From an uncultured Oscillospiraceae bacterium (lineage in GTDB: Bacteria > Bacillota > Clostridia > Oscillospirales > Ruminococcaceae): a DNA stretch of 64,000 bases. Shown piece after piece: positions 28,553 through 37,863 of the stretch. How positions within the stretch are numbered: the first letter of the stretch is position 1; each line of letters begins with the position of its first letter. The notes beneath the pieces are model-generated. The model was given only the letters and a program-made list of their open reading frames with translations, had not been told where the DNA came from and ran no database searches. The stretch covers positions 33 to 64,032 of the forward strand of contig CAYJFF010000001.1 of the NCBI GenBank assembly GCA_964369345.1, written 5' to 3'. The position numbers were made by a program, and so were the translations under genes.

Positions 28553-29836
28553 TTATTTCCTTACTATAATAGAGTTTGCGTGTGCTGTTAGTCCCTCTTT
28601 ATTTGCTAGTAGCACTACATCGTCGTGTGCATCTGCAAGTGCTTTCTCTGTGTAGTAGATGTAACTAGATTTCTTTATGAACGCATCTACAGAGAGCGGA
28701 GAGAAGAAACGCGCTGTGCCACTTGTTGGTAGCACGTGGTTTGGCCCTGCGTAGTAGTCACCCAGTGGCTCTGGGGAGTAGTTCCCCAAAAATACGGAGC
28801 CAGCATTGTCCAGACAGCCTAGGTACTCCATTGGGTTTTCCATCATCACTTCTAGGTGCTCAGGTGCGAAGTCGTTCGCTATATCAATAGCTTGCTCTTT
28901 TGTATCACACACAAATATAGCACCATAGTTTTTCAGCGATTCTTCTATAATATCACGCCTAGATAAGCTCTGCACTTGTCTTTCAAGCTCTGCCACTGTT
29001 TGCTCTGCCAGACTCTCGCTAGTGGTTACAAGTATGGACGATGCTATCCTGTCATGCTCTGCCTGTGACATCAAGTCTGCCGCTACAAACTTTGCTGGTG
29101 CACTATCATCAGCCATTATTAGTATCTCGCTAGGCCCTGCTATCATATCAATATCTACCACGCCATACAGCAGTTTTTTCGCTGTAGCAACATAGATATT
29201 GCCAGGACCTACTATTTTATCCACACGTGGCACTTTGCAGGTACCATACGCTAGTGCTGCCACCGCCTGTGCGCCACCCATAAGAAATATTCTATCCACG
29301 CCACACATAGCAGCAGCTACTAGAATATCTGGGTTAGCTGTGCCGTCTGGCAGTGGTGGTGTCACCATGACAATCTCTTTTACACCAGCTATCGTTGCAG
29401 GTATTGCGTTCATTAGCACAGATGATGGATATGCCGCTGTACCACCTGGTACATATATACCTACACGGTGTAGTCCACGTATACGCTGACCCATTATAAC
29501 ACCGTTTGGCTGTGCATCTATAAAGCTCTGTTGTATTTGCTTGCTGTGGAACTCTGATATATTATTTATCGCTCTTTGCAGTGCATCTATATATGCTTGA
29601 TCTGCGTTTTCCATAGCAGCTTTTATAGCTTCCTGTGGTACTTCAAAGTACTCAGCAGCTTTACCGTCAAACTTCATAGTATACTCACTCACAGCCTCAT
29701 CACCACGAGCTTTTACGTCCTCAAGTATCTTGGCAACCCTTACTTCTACATCTTTTTGCACCTCGCCACTACGGCTCTCTATCAGTTTTTTATATTCAAG
29801 CTCAGCCTTGCCATCTGCTTTTATTATTGTAATCAT
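28553..29836 (-). CDS. hisD: Histidinol dehydrogenase
   Basis: GGAQA.AALAYGT, IDM.AGPSE and SQAEHD motifs are present. Confidence 0.9.
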   Translation of the reverse strand: MITIIKADGKAELEYKKLIESRSGEVQKDVEVRVAKILEDVKARGDEAVSEYTMKFDGKAAEYFEVPQEAIKAAMENADQAYIDALQRAINNISEFHSKQIQQSFIDAQPNGVIMGQRIRGLHRVGIYVPGGTAAYPSSVLMNAIPATIAGVKEIVMVTPPLPDGTANPDILVAAAMCGVDRIFLMGGAQAVAALAYGTCKVPRVDKIVGPGNIYVATAKKLLYGVVDIDMIAGPSEILIMADDSAPAKFVAADLMSQAEHDRIASSILVTTSESLAEQTVAELERQVQSLSRRDIIEESLKNYGAIFVCDTKEQAIDIANDFAPEHLEVMMENPMEYLGCLDNAGSVFLGNYSPEPLGDYYAGPNHVLPTSGTARFFSPLSVDAFIKKSSYIYYTEKALADAHDDVVLLANKEGLTAHANSIIVRK

Positions 29837-29847
29837 ACGTATATCTC

Positions 29848-30480
29848 CTACAAAACCTTTTCTATATCACTAATTATCTGCTCCATACGTGCCTGATATA
29901 GTTTCATGCTAACTGTATTCACTATTATTCTTGCAGAAATAGGCGCTATATCCTCGTATACCTCCAGCCCATTCTCACGCAGGGTAGAGCCTGTTTCTAC
30001 GATATCCACTATAGCATCTGCAAGCTCTAGCAGTGGTGCAAGCTCCACAGAGCCCTCTATTTTTACTATGCGCACGTCCATACCCTTGCTAGCAAAAAAA
30101 CTACGTGTTACATTTGGGTACTTAGTAGCTATTGTTTTTTCTGCATGTCCTGCATAGAAATCCACATCTTTTTTACCAGCTAGTGCAAACCTGCATTTAC
30201 CAAAACCTAGGTCTGTCATCTCAAAGAAAGTACCACCGTACTCCATTATGGTATCCTTACCCACAATGCCTATATCACAAACACCGTGCTCTATATATGT
30301 AATAACATCTGCTGCTTTTGCAAGCACAACTTCCATACCCACATCTGGTATCTGCAAAATAAGCTTTCTGCCCTTGTTGTCTAGCTCGCTACAGTCATAA
30401 CCCAGTTTTTTGAACAGTGCCACCGTTTTATCTTCTAGTCTACCCTTTGTCAGTGCTACTCTAATCGGTTTTACAGCCAT
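29848..30480 (-). CDS. hisG: ATP phosphoribosyltransferase, short (HisZ-dependent) form
   Basis: 210 aa with no C-terminal regulatory domain. Contains the D.VETG.TL.EN block. Confidence 0.9.
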   Translation of the reverse strand: MAVKPIRVALTKGRLEDKTVALFKKLGYDCSELDNKGRKLILQIPDVGMEVVLAKAADVITYIEHGVCDIGIVGKDTIMEYGGTFFEMTDLGFGKCRFALAGKKDVDFYAGHAEKTIATKYPNVTRSFFASKGMDVRIVKIEGSVELAPLLELADAIVDIVETGSTLRENGLEVYEDIAPISARIIVNTVSMKLYQARMEQIISDIEKVL

Positions 30481-31685
30481 TACACAGCACCTCCTATGTC
30501 TACTTTTCTCACACTATCTTCTATTATGTCCACACGTGCTATGCCCTTAGCTTTTGCATAGTCCAGTGCATCTTTTTCAGTCTCGCATACTGCATACTCG
30601 CTATGCACACCCTCTTTTGCTAGGCAGTCTATATACCTCATAGCATCTACTTCTTTGCCACTTTGTGCAAAAACAAGCACATCTACAGTTTCTTCGCATA
30701 TATCTGTGGTACGTAATATAGCACTAACTGATGCATCTACATCAACTGCAAAACCAATGGACGGGTGGCTCTCACCAAATTCATGTAGCAGGCTGTCATA
30801 CCTACCGCCAGATAGCACTTCTTCTCCATATCCCTCTACATAGCCTTTAAACACTATGCCTGTGTAGTACTCAGCACGGTTTACTATACCCAAGTCCACA
30901 GCTATTTTATCTGCTGATACCAGTGCTTCCAGTGAGCTATATAGCTTTTCCAGATACTCAATAACTGTCAGTGTTGTTGTGTCTGTAATGCATGCACGAG
31001 CTTTATCAAACACTTCTTTGCCACCAAACATTCGTGGCAGTAGTTTTATCACCTTTGTTATCTCTGGCTGGTCTATTTCATCAAGCAAGTCATTAAGCGC
31101 TGGATAATTTTTGTTTTCTATTAGCTGTCTTACATTTTCTTTTGTTTGGTCATCTACGGACAGTGCATTTACCAGTGATGTAAACACGCCCACGTGCCCA
31201 AGCTCTATGCGGTAGTTGCTAAAACCAAGTGCCTCCAGTGATTTTTCTGCTGTTACCAGTATCTCTAGGTCGGATTTATCCGCACTTGCCCCGATAAGCT
31301 CCACACCTGCCTGCATACGCTCGTCGCTCCTGCCTTTTAGCGACTGGCTAACGATGTACACTGGCTGATTGTAATATAACCTAAGTGGCAGTGGTCTGTT
31401 TTTTAGGCGTGTACTACAAAGGCGTGCTATTGGCATTGTGCTATCTGGTCGCATAGCTAGTAGTCTGCCTTTTGCATCTGTCATTTTATACATTTTTTCT
31501 AGTGGTATAGCAGACACCGTACCACCAAAAACATCTAAAAACTCTATGCCCGGTGTTACCACTTCATAGTATCCCCTAAGTGTAAAAACACGTCGCAAAG
31601 AGTTCTGAACTTTATCACGTAGAATAGCTTCTTCAAACAAGTAGTCCTTTGTGCCCTCCGGCGTTATTAGCTTGTTTTTGCTCAT
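30480..31685 (-). CDS. hisZ: ATP phosphoribosyltransferase regulatory subunit (HisRS paralogue)
   Basis: Class-II aaRS-like motifs (TPEGTKDY, MRPD.T...AR) in a protein lacking an anticodon-binding domain, sited directly upstream of the short hisG. The start is uncertain. I chose ATG 31685 because the listed 31865 start would run through the tyrS terminator and the his promoter. Confidence 0.8.
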   Translation of the reverse strand: MSKNKLITPEGTKDYLFEEAILRDKVQNSLRRVFTLRGYYEVVTPGIEFLDVFGGTVSAIPLEKMYKMTDAKGRLLAMRPDSTMPIARLCSTRLKNRPLPLRLYYNQPVYIVSQSLKGRSDERMQAGVELIGASADKSDLEILVTAEKSLEALGFSNYRIELGHVGVFTSLVNALSVDDQTKENVRQLIENKNYPALNDLLDEIDQPEITKVIKLLPRMFGGKEVFDKARACITDTTTLTVIEYLEKLYSSLEALVSADKIAVDLGIVNRAEYYTGIVFKGYVEGYGEEVLSGGRYDSLLHEFGESHPSIGFAVDVDASVSAILRTTDICEETVDVLVFAQSGKEVDAMRYIDCLAKEGVHSEYAVCETEKDALDYAKAKGIARVDIIEDSVRKVDIGGAV

Positions 31686-31737
31686 ATATATCATCCTCAT
31701 ATCACTTATAATAATCGTTTTTGTTTTGCATGTTACC

Positions 31738-31766
31738 ACTTTACCATAATAAAATGTATTTGTCAA
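31738..31766 (-). promoter_or_regulatory. Candidate sigma-A promoter of the his operon
   Basis: On the - strand: TTGACA, 17-nt spacer, TAAAGT. Confidence 0.45.
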
Positions 31767-31800
31767 TAGTAAACTAAAGTAATCTTTATTTTTTGTAAGT

Positions 31801-31866
31801 AAAAGAAAAGTGGCAGTCCTATCGAAACAACGGATTATAAAACACGTTTGTACGAGAACTGCCACT
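31801..31866 (-). terminator. Intrinsic terminator after tyrS
   Basis: On the - strand AGUGGCAGU ... ACUGCCACU closes a long imperfect hairpin that is followed by UUUUCUUUU. Confidence 0.65.
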
Positions 31867-31872
31867 AAAAAC

Positions 31873-33090
31873 TTATGCTAAAGTTACTTTATGGAATACT
31901 TTTTTACCTTTTTTTATGATAACAGAAGCTTTCAGCTCATCTGCTGATATAGCAAAGTTCACATCTGTTATTTTTTCATCATTGACAGAAACACCGCCCT
32001 GTTGCACCAAGCGTCTAGCCTCACCCTTTGATGGGGAAAGGTTTGCTTTTACCATTAGAGTTAGTATATCTATTTTGCCGTCTGTCATATCTTCGTCTGC
32101 AAGTGTAGTTGTTGGCATATTTGCATCACTAGCACCAGCACCAAACACTGCTTTTGCAGCTGTCATAGCTTTGTCTGCTTCTTCTTTGCCATGTACAAAC
32201 GCAGTTACTTCATAAGCTAGGCGCTCTTTAACAGCATTTAGCTGACTACCCTCTAGCTTTTCCATCTCTTCTATTTCTTCTACAGGTACAAATGTTATCA
32301 GCTTCAGGCAGTTTATTACGTCGCTATCGCTGACATTACGCCAGTACTGGAAGAAATCGTATGGTGTAAATTTCTCTGCATCCAGCCAAACTGCACCGCT
32401 CTCTGTCTTGCCCATTTTTTTGCCTTCTTTTGTAGTTAGCAGTGTAAATGTCATACCACATACTTCTTCTTGCTTAACACGGCGCACAAGGTCTACACCA
32501 CCTATAATATTTGACCACTGGTCATCGCCACCAAGCTCCATTGTACAGTTGTGCATTTCGTTTAGCTTTAGGAAATCATAGCTCTGCATTATCATGTAGT
32601 TAAACTCGATAAATGATAGACCTTTTTCCAGCCTACTCTTGAAGCACTCTGCTGTCAGCATCCTGTTTACAGAGAAATGCACACCAACATCACGCAGTAG
32701 CTCGATGTAGTTTAGCTTTGTCAGCCAGTCACCATTACGTGCTACTATACATTTATCCAGTGGCACTAGCCTGCCCATTTGCTCCAAAAACCTGTCAGCA
32801 TTGTAGTTAATTTCTTCTTCTGTTAGCATTTTACGCATATCTGTCTTGCCTGTTGGGTCGCCAATCATTGTAGTACCTGTGCCCAGTAGCAAAATAGGTG
32901 TGTGTCCTGCTTTTATCATATGGTTTATAACCACAAGTTGCAAAAAGTGGCCTACGTGTAGGCTATCCGCTGTTGCATCAAAACCTATATAGAATGTTAC
33001 TTTTTCATTCTCTAGTTTATCCTTTATTTTGTCTGCGTGTGTCATCTGCGCAATAAGACCTCTGCGCTCCAATTCTTCAAATACTGTCAT
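31873..33090 (-). CDS. tyrS: Tyrosyl-tRNA synthetase
   Basis: The HIGH motif appears as SLHVGH and the KMSKS-type motif as KMGKT. A C-terminal S4-like domain is present. Confidence 0.92.
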   Translation of the reverse strand: MTVFEELERRGLIAQMTHADKIKDKLENEKVTFYIGFDATADSLHVGHFLQLVVINHMIKAGHTPILLLGTGTTMIGDPTGKTDMRKMLTEEEINYNADRFLEQMGRLVPLDKCIVARNGDWLTKLNYIELLRDVGVHFSVNRMLTAECFKSRLEKGLSFIEFNYMIMQSYDFLKLNEMHNCTMELGGDDQWSNIIGGVDLVRRVKQEEVCGMTFTLLTTKEGKKMGKTESGAVWLDAEKFTPYDFFQYWRNVSDSDVINCLKLITFVPVEEIEEMEKLEGSQLNAVKERLAYEVTAFVHGKEEADKAMTAAKAVFGAGASDANMPTTTLADEDMTDGKIDILTLMVKANLSPSKGEARRLVQQGGVSVNDEKITDVNFAISADELKASVIIKKGKKVFHKVTLA

Positions 33091-33139
33091 TTTCTCATAC
33101 CTCTTTCTTTATTCTATACTGATACTATGTGCAACAGGC

Positions 33140-33402
33140 AAAAATAAAAGCCCCTGCACAAAAACGTGCAGAGGACGAAATAAATCGTGGTACCACCTCT
33201 ATTCGGTACTGCATCACTACAATACCCTTTGGGAGTTCTAGCAAACTCCTGCAATGTAACGGTTGCACCCGTCAAACCCTACTATATTTCGGGTAGCCGC
33301 TCCAAGATGTATTCGAGCTATGCTGTTTTCGTCCTTTCGCACCAACCAAGGACTCTCTGGGAAAACCGCAAAACCTTACTTGTTCTTTTCATCGCGTTTA
33401 AT
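33140..33402 (-). promoter_or_regulatory. T-box leader (tRNA-Tyr-sensing transcription attenuator) of tyrS
   Basis: All on the - strand. Stem I elements are GCGATGA...AGTA, the AGAGAG box and GGTGCGAAA. The specifier context is GAA-UAC-A (UAC = 33309-33311). The T-box sequence is AGAGGTGGTACCACG (33186-33200). The terminator CCUCUGCAC/GUGCAGGGG is followed by UUUUAUUUUU (33141-33174), and its left arm can alternatively pair with the T-box to form an antiterminator. Confidence 0.9.
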
Positions 33403-33408
33403 GTGGTT

Positions 33409-33437
33409 ATTATATCAGACCATTTCTATGTTGTCAA
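33409..33437 (-). promoter_or_regulatory. Sigma-A promoter driving the tyrS T-box leader
   Basis: On the - strand: TTGACA, 17-nt spacer, TATAAT (perfect consensus). It lies immediately after the divIC stop. Confidence 0.75.
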
Positions 33438-33447
33438 GGGTTTTTCA

Positions 33448-33792
33448 TCAAGCGCCAGATGCATCTTCGAAAACGCCCTCTTTTGGATGTGCAAAATCCA
33501 GCTTTTCACGCAATATACGCTCATAGCAGTACTCTTGGTCTCTTAGCAAAAAATCCCACTCTTGGTTTATTAGCTCCATCTGGTAAACTTGTAGCTCTTT
33601 TTCCATCAGCTGTACTTCCATATCGCTTATGTCTTGCTGCACCTTGAAAAAATATATAACCATCACAATAGCAAGTGCCACAGCAGTCATATTAATAACT
33701 TTTCCTAGCAGATATTTTTGTTTTTTCACTTTTGCCAAGTGTGCGGCACCTCCTTTTTCTTTGGTTAAAACGCTCATGCTATCTGGTGGCAT
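33448..33792 (-). CDS. divIC: Septum formation initiator (DivIC/FtsB family)
   Basis: A single TM segment followed by a coiled coil, plus the C-terminal ERILREKLDFAHPKE block. It occupies the conserved position after yabP-yabQ. Confidence 0.75.
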   Translation of the reverse strand: MPPDSMSVLTKEKGGAAHLAKVKKQKYLLGKVINMTAVALAIVMVIYFFKVQQDISDMEVQLMEKELQVYQMELINQEWDFLLRDQEYCYERILREKLDFAHPKEGVFEDASGA

Positions 33793-33840
33793 GGCTTCTC
33801 CTCATATATTATATACCAAAACGCACAAGAAACGCAATAC

Positions 33841-34272
33841 CTAAACATCATTTTTGGGCAGAAATTTACCAAAAAATTTGCAAAAAAACTTACAAAATAC
33901 GATAACAAGTTTCTTTACACCACACAAAACTCTATAAATCGGATAAAATACCAGCTTTTTCAGCAAATTGACGATTAATGTAGAAACACTCATCACCAAC
34001 ACACCAAAGGTAAAGTAATAGAGCACCCACCCCAAAAACACACCCAGTAGGTATGCAGGGTGGATTTCACCATTATTTATGCCTAGAAAGAAAAAAAACA
34101 GCACAGCAGTGGCAATAATAAAAAAGAGTATGTCCTCCCAAAAAACCAGCTTAGCACCACTGGGTATAGCCACACGCAAGACACGGAAAAAGTCATAGCA
34201 CAGCCCCAGCATCCCACCAAGGACAAGAGCACCAAGAAATATGATAGCTTGGTTGTCTGCATCAAATATCAT
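33841..34272 (-). CDS. yabQ: Spore cortex biosynthesis protein YabQ-like membrane protein
   Basis: A multi-TM protein of about 140 aa directly after yabP, the synteny known from Bacillus and Clostridium. Confidence 0.65.
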   Translation of the reverse strand: MIFDADNQAIIFLGALVLGGMLGLCYDFFRVLRVAIPSGAKLVFWEDILFFIIATAVLFFFFLGINNGEIHPAYLLGVFLGWVLYYFTFGVLVMSVSTLIVNLLKKLVFYPIYRVLCGVKKLVIVFCKFFCKFFGKFLPKNDV

Positions 34273-34277
34273 ACGCG

Positions 34278-34553
34278 CTACCTAAATAACCTACCCAGAA
34301 AACCACCTGCTGGTTGTCCCTCACTATAGCTTATATCGTCTATTATGCCCTCTAGCGATAAGTTGCCTGCTGTGACATCAATCTTACTAATATGTATATT
34401 ACCACCTTTTATCACCAGCTCGCCAACATTTGTCAGTAGTATCACCGTGTTTTCATCAAAGCTAATAACGTCTGTAGCCCCCGTAATATGCACAGTATTT
34501 CTGTCGTCCAGCATCAAAGTATGTCTTGGCTCTTGTAACATTTTATTTTCCAT
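34278..34553 (-). CDS. yabP: Sporulation protein YabP
   Basis: 91 aa with V..FD......T..G.L.IKG..L.I..L......L.I.G.I, typical of the YabP/YqfC family. Confidence 0.75.
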   Translation of the reverse strand: MENKMLQEPRHTLMLDDRNTVHITGATDVISFDENTVILLTNVGELVIKGGNIHISKIDVTAGNLSLEGIIDDISYSEGQPAGGFLGRLFR

Positions 34554-34619
34554 TTTTTACCCTTCCTTTCATATAGTTACACTTGATTATATGAAAAAAA
34601 GGGGGAGTATATGCGTATA

Positions 34620-34862
34620 TTACTCGATAATCTTGAAATTTAGTGATGCGTTCTCTTTTGTAGTAACCTCGTTAAGTGCTACCACTTGTATTTTTATAGG
34701 ACGTGCGCCCATAGCTATCTCTATAACGTCATCTATTTTCACGCTATAAGAAGCACGAGCCACCTTGCCATTAACTAGCACTCTATCCGCATCACAAGCC
34801 TCGTTTGCTATTGTCCTACGCTTGATAACACGGGATACTTTTAGGTATTTATCCAGTCTCAT
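34620..34862 (-). CDS. S4-domain RNA-binding protein (YabO/Hsp15-like)
   Basis: Begins MRLDKYLKVSRVIKRRTIANEACDADRVLVNGK. ATG 34862 has an AAGGAG RBS 6 nt upstream. Confidence 0.8.
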   Translation of the reverse strand: MRLDKYLKVSRVIKRRTIANEACDADRVLVNGKVARASYSVKIDDVIEIAMGARPIKIQVVALNEVTTKENASLNFKIIE

Positions 34863-34992
34863 AGTTTTCTCCTTTTCTACTGTAAAATTAAGACGACACA
34901 CCAAAACACTACCACATTTGTGATGTATGTTTCGGCGGTCGTCTACTGTTGGGCAGTGTGTACTACCCTTAATATTTAATATCAGTCAAAAC

Positions 34993-35265
34993 TTAGTTTA
35001 CTGCGTCTTTTAGAGCTTTACCAGCTTTGAAGCTTGGTGATTTAGAAGCTGCAATAGTGATAGTCTCTTTTGTGCGTGGGTTTATACCTGTACGCTCTTT
35101 ACGCTCTTTAACCTCGAAAGTACCAAAACCTACTAGAGATAGTTTGTCGCCTTTTTGAAGTGTCTCTGTAATAGAATCAAGAACAGCAGCAATTGCTTTC
35201 TCGCTATCTTTTTTAGAAAGACCTGCTTTCTCTGCTACAGAATTAACTAGTTCAACCTTTGTCAT
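34993..35265 (-). CDS. hup: Nucleoid protein HU
   Basis: MTKVELV..VAEKAGLSKKD...A......I...L..GDK..L.GFGTFEV.ER..R.GRNP.T matches HU closely. Confidence 0.92.
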   Translation of the reverse strand: MTKVELVNSVAEKAGLSKKDSEKAIAAVLDSITETLQKGDKLSLVGFGTFEVKERKERTGINPRTKETITIAASKSPSFKAGKALKDAVN

Positions 35266-35283
35266 AATAAATCCTCCATAATT

Positions 35284-36090
35284 TTAATCATCTTTTTTAT
35301 TTTTAACCCGACACCAAATTTCATTAAGTTCTTCCATGGTGTAGTCGGTTATTAACCTATTTTGCTCTGTGACATATTCTTCTACTCTTTTAAACCTACT
35401 TATAAACTTATCAGTAGAGTAAGATAGCACTTCCTCTGCTTCTCGCTTTAGCAGTCTGGAAACATTCACAGCTGAGAATAGCACGTCGCCCATCTCGTCT
35501 GTTATAGCGCTCTGTGTGCCGCTATCCAGCTCAGCCTCTAGCTCGTCAATCTCGCTCCTAAGGTCTGCAATAGCCTCGCGCACATTGGTGTAGTCAAAAC
35601 CTGCTTTCGCCGCGCGCCCCTGTACTTTTGCAGTGCGTATAAGCCCAGGCAAAGACCTAGAAACAGCATATAAGGTATCTGCTGTGCCTGTGTGTTGCTT
35701 TTCGCCACGCTTTATTGCATCCCAGTTACGCAGTACTTGCTCTGTGCCGTCAACAACAGTATCCCCAAAAATATGTGGGTGTCTACGTATTAGCTTAGCA
35801 CAAATATCATTGCAAACATCATCAAAAGAAAAGTTGTTTTCTTCCTCTGCCATTCTGCTATGGAACACAACCTGTAACAATACATCGCCCAGTTCTTCCT
35901 GTAGCAGTGCAGTGTCCTCGGTATCTATTGCCTCTATAGCCTCGTACACTTCTTCGATAAAATTATTGCGTATAGACTTGTGTGTTTGCTCTCTGTCCCA
36001 CGGACAGCCATTCTCACTACGTAGCAACGACATAATCACCACAAGGTCATTTATATCATAGCTGTTTTTCAAGGTAAAAGCATTGCTCAT
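35284..36090 (-). CDS. mazG: MazG-family nucleoside triphosphate pyrophosphohydrolase (YabN-like)
   Basis: CPWDREQTH.S....IEE.YE..EAI, the EELGDVLLQVVFH motif, and a second MazG repeat (EMGDVLF) are present. Confidence 0.85.
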   Translation of the reverse strand: MSNAFTLKNSYDINDLVVIMSLLRSENGCPWDREQTHKSIRNNFIEEVYEAIEAIDTEDTALLQEELGDVLLQVVFHSRMAEEENNFSFDDVCNDICAKLIRRHPHIFGDTVVDGTEQVLRNWDAIKRGEKQHTGTADTLYAVSRSLPGLIRTAKVQGRAAKAGFDYTNVREAIADLRSEIDELEAELDSGTQSAITDEMGDVLFSAVNVSRLLKREAEEVLSYSTDKFISRFKRVEEYVTEQNRLITDYTMEELNEIWCRVKNKKDD

Positions 36091-36122
36091 TAGGGAACTC
36101 CCTTCAATATGCTTTTATTATT

Positions 36123-37799
36123 TTACCTCAAAAATTTCAGTTTTTCAAGTCTTTTAGCAGTTTTTTCTCCTAACGGGAGCATTTCTATATCAATTTTACA
36201 TATTGAACCCGTAAAAACTATGAATGTTAGGTAGATTAGCATAGTAAAAACGACTGCCACAACTGTTTTCACGCCATTCTCACCTGGGAAAACCTGATAA
36301 ATAATGTGTGCAAACGCACTAGCAACACTGGCACAAAACAGCGGTTTTAGGTAAATTCTATAGATTGACTGCTTGATTTTTGTTGCGACAGTTACTGCAC
36401 AACTACCCATTATCAGTATAACAATATGGCACAACAGCGTACCATATGCAACCCCCTGTATATTAATATCTGGACGTGAGATTAGCATATAGTTTGTAAC
36501 TAGTTTTACCACTGCACCAATAGATAATATTATCATTGGTATTCTCTCTTTCCCCACTGCTTGCAGTATGCTGTTTATAGATGTGCTAGCAGAAACAAGT
36601 ATGGCACTTATGCCCATTACTTGCATAATGTGGGATACTATATTCACCTCCATTGCACGTGCTGGGTATAGTAATAGTAATATTGGCTTTGCAAGTACAG
36701 CTATGCCCAGCCCCGCTGGTATAGCTATTAGCATAGTTATCCTCATTACAGATAGCATGGTTTCCTGTAGACCCTGACTATCCCCACTTGCCCATCTGCG
36801 CGAGATTGACGGTAGTGCAGATATACCAATAGCGACTGTTATCGCAGGTATTAGGTTATACAGCGACCCCACCAGCCCAGAATAGCTACCATATAGGTAC
36901 TCTGGTAACATCTCTACTTTTACGCCTGCTGGTATATTTCCACTATACATCTCCAGCAAAATATCGCTGTTTTTCTCCACTGCTATTTTCAGGCAATTCA
37001 TAACAGTCACAAGGTCTATAAATGTGGATAGATTTACCACCACAGTACTAAAAGCAATTGGCACTGCTACTATAGCCAGTTTTTTGGCAATATAGCGCTT
37101 TTCTTGGTACTTTACATTTATTTTTTTGTTATGGCTGGCACGGAATTTGAGATAGATATACAGCGCACCTATTGCAGTGCTTATAGTAACACCAACTATA
37201 GCACCAGCTGCTGAGTATCGCAGGATATAGAGCCTCGCTGCCTCCTGCGTATGGAAAGTATTCCCAAAAATATGCCCCGTAGTCAAGTACTGCTTGCTTA
37301 AATAAAAATCTACTGCATAAGAACACAGAATACCACATATCATACGAAAGAAAGACTCTATCATCTGTGATACTGCCGTTGGTGTCATATTGGATAGACC
37401 CTGATAATAACCACGGTATATTGCAGAAATACAGCTAAACAACACTGCTGGTATTATAGCTATCACAGAGAAATACGCACTGGGGTTTTTTATGATATTT
37501 ACAAATAATGGTGCTAGTAAAAACATCACCACCATGCCCATAATTCCCATGCATATAAATAGCCTTTTGCATACATACAGCACAGTTTCTACCCTGTTTA
37601 TATCTCTCTTTGCTGTATATTCTGCCACCAAGCGAGAGCTTGCAACACCAAGCCCTGTAACAGTTAGGCTATATATGGGTGTAAAAAGGTCATATGCAGA
37701 TGTAAAGTATGACATGCCCACACCACCCAGTATATTCGCTAGTGGTATCTTGAAAATAGCTCCCAGCACCTTGGATACTACAGTGGCTATTGTGAGCAC
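36123..37799 (-). CDS. MOP-superfamily flippase (SpoVB/YabM/MurJ-like polysaccharide biosynthesis protein)
   Basis: 14-TM protein with an N-terminus ...SKVLGAIFKIPLANILGGVGMSYF typical of SpoVB/MurJ-like proteins. It uses a GTG start with a GAGGGGG RBS and occupies the yabM position upstream of mazG. Confidence 0.75.
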   Translation of the reverse strand: MLTIATVVSKVLGAIFKIPLANILGGVGMSYFTSAYDLFTPIYSLTVTGLGVASSRLVAEYTAKRDINRVETVLYVCKRLFICMGIMGMVVMFLLAPLFVNIIKNPSAYFSVIAIIPAVLFSCISAIYRGYYQGLSNMTPTAVSQMIESFFRMICGILCSYAVDFYLSKQYLTTGHIFGNTFHTQEAARLYILRYSAAGAIVGVTISTAIGALYIYLKFRASHNKKINVKYQEKRYIAKKLAIVAVPIAFSTVVVNLSTFIDLVTVMNCLKIAVEKNSDILLEMYSGNIPAGVKVEMLPEYLYGSYSGLVGSLYNLIPAITVAIGISALPSISRRWASGDSQGLQETMLSVMRITMLIAIPAGLGIAVLAKPILLLLYPARAMEVNIVSHIMQVMGISAILVSASTSINSILQAVGKERIPMIILSIGAVVKLVTNYMLISRPDINIQGVAYGTLLCHIVILIMGSCAVTVATKIKQSIYRIYLKPLFCASVASAFAHIIYQVFPGENGVKTVVAVVFTMLIYLTFIVFTGSICKIDIEMLPLGEKTAKRLEKLKFLR

Positions 37800-37863
37800 T
37801 ATTGCCCCCTCTAGAAATGTCTGCTGTTTTTGTGTCTTGTTCAGATAATCACCCCACTATAAA

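Noticed and set aside
31686-31737. I looked for a histidine T-box or attenuator leader in front of hisZ.
   Set aside because: Only about 50 nt lie between the candidate promoter and the hisZ start. There is no T-box sequence, specifier structure, His-codon-rich leader peptide or terminator.
31686-31865. N-terminal extensions offered by the ORF track for hisZ (to 31865), ftsW (to 53834), the channel (to 15527), the MCP (from 12068), oppB (to 21192), the PBP (to 60087) and others.
   Set aside because: The extensions run through terminators, promoters or the preceding gene and lack RBSs. Internal starts with good Shine-Dalgarno sequences give N-termini typical of each family.
33187-33546. ORFs of 87-119 aa on the + strand between tyrS and divIC.
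   Set aside because: The region is fully explained by the - strand T-box leader, its promoter and the 3' end of divIC. The ORFs have no RBS and a non-protein-like composition.
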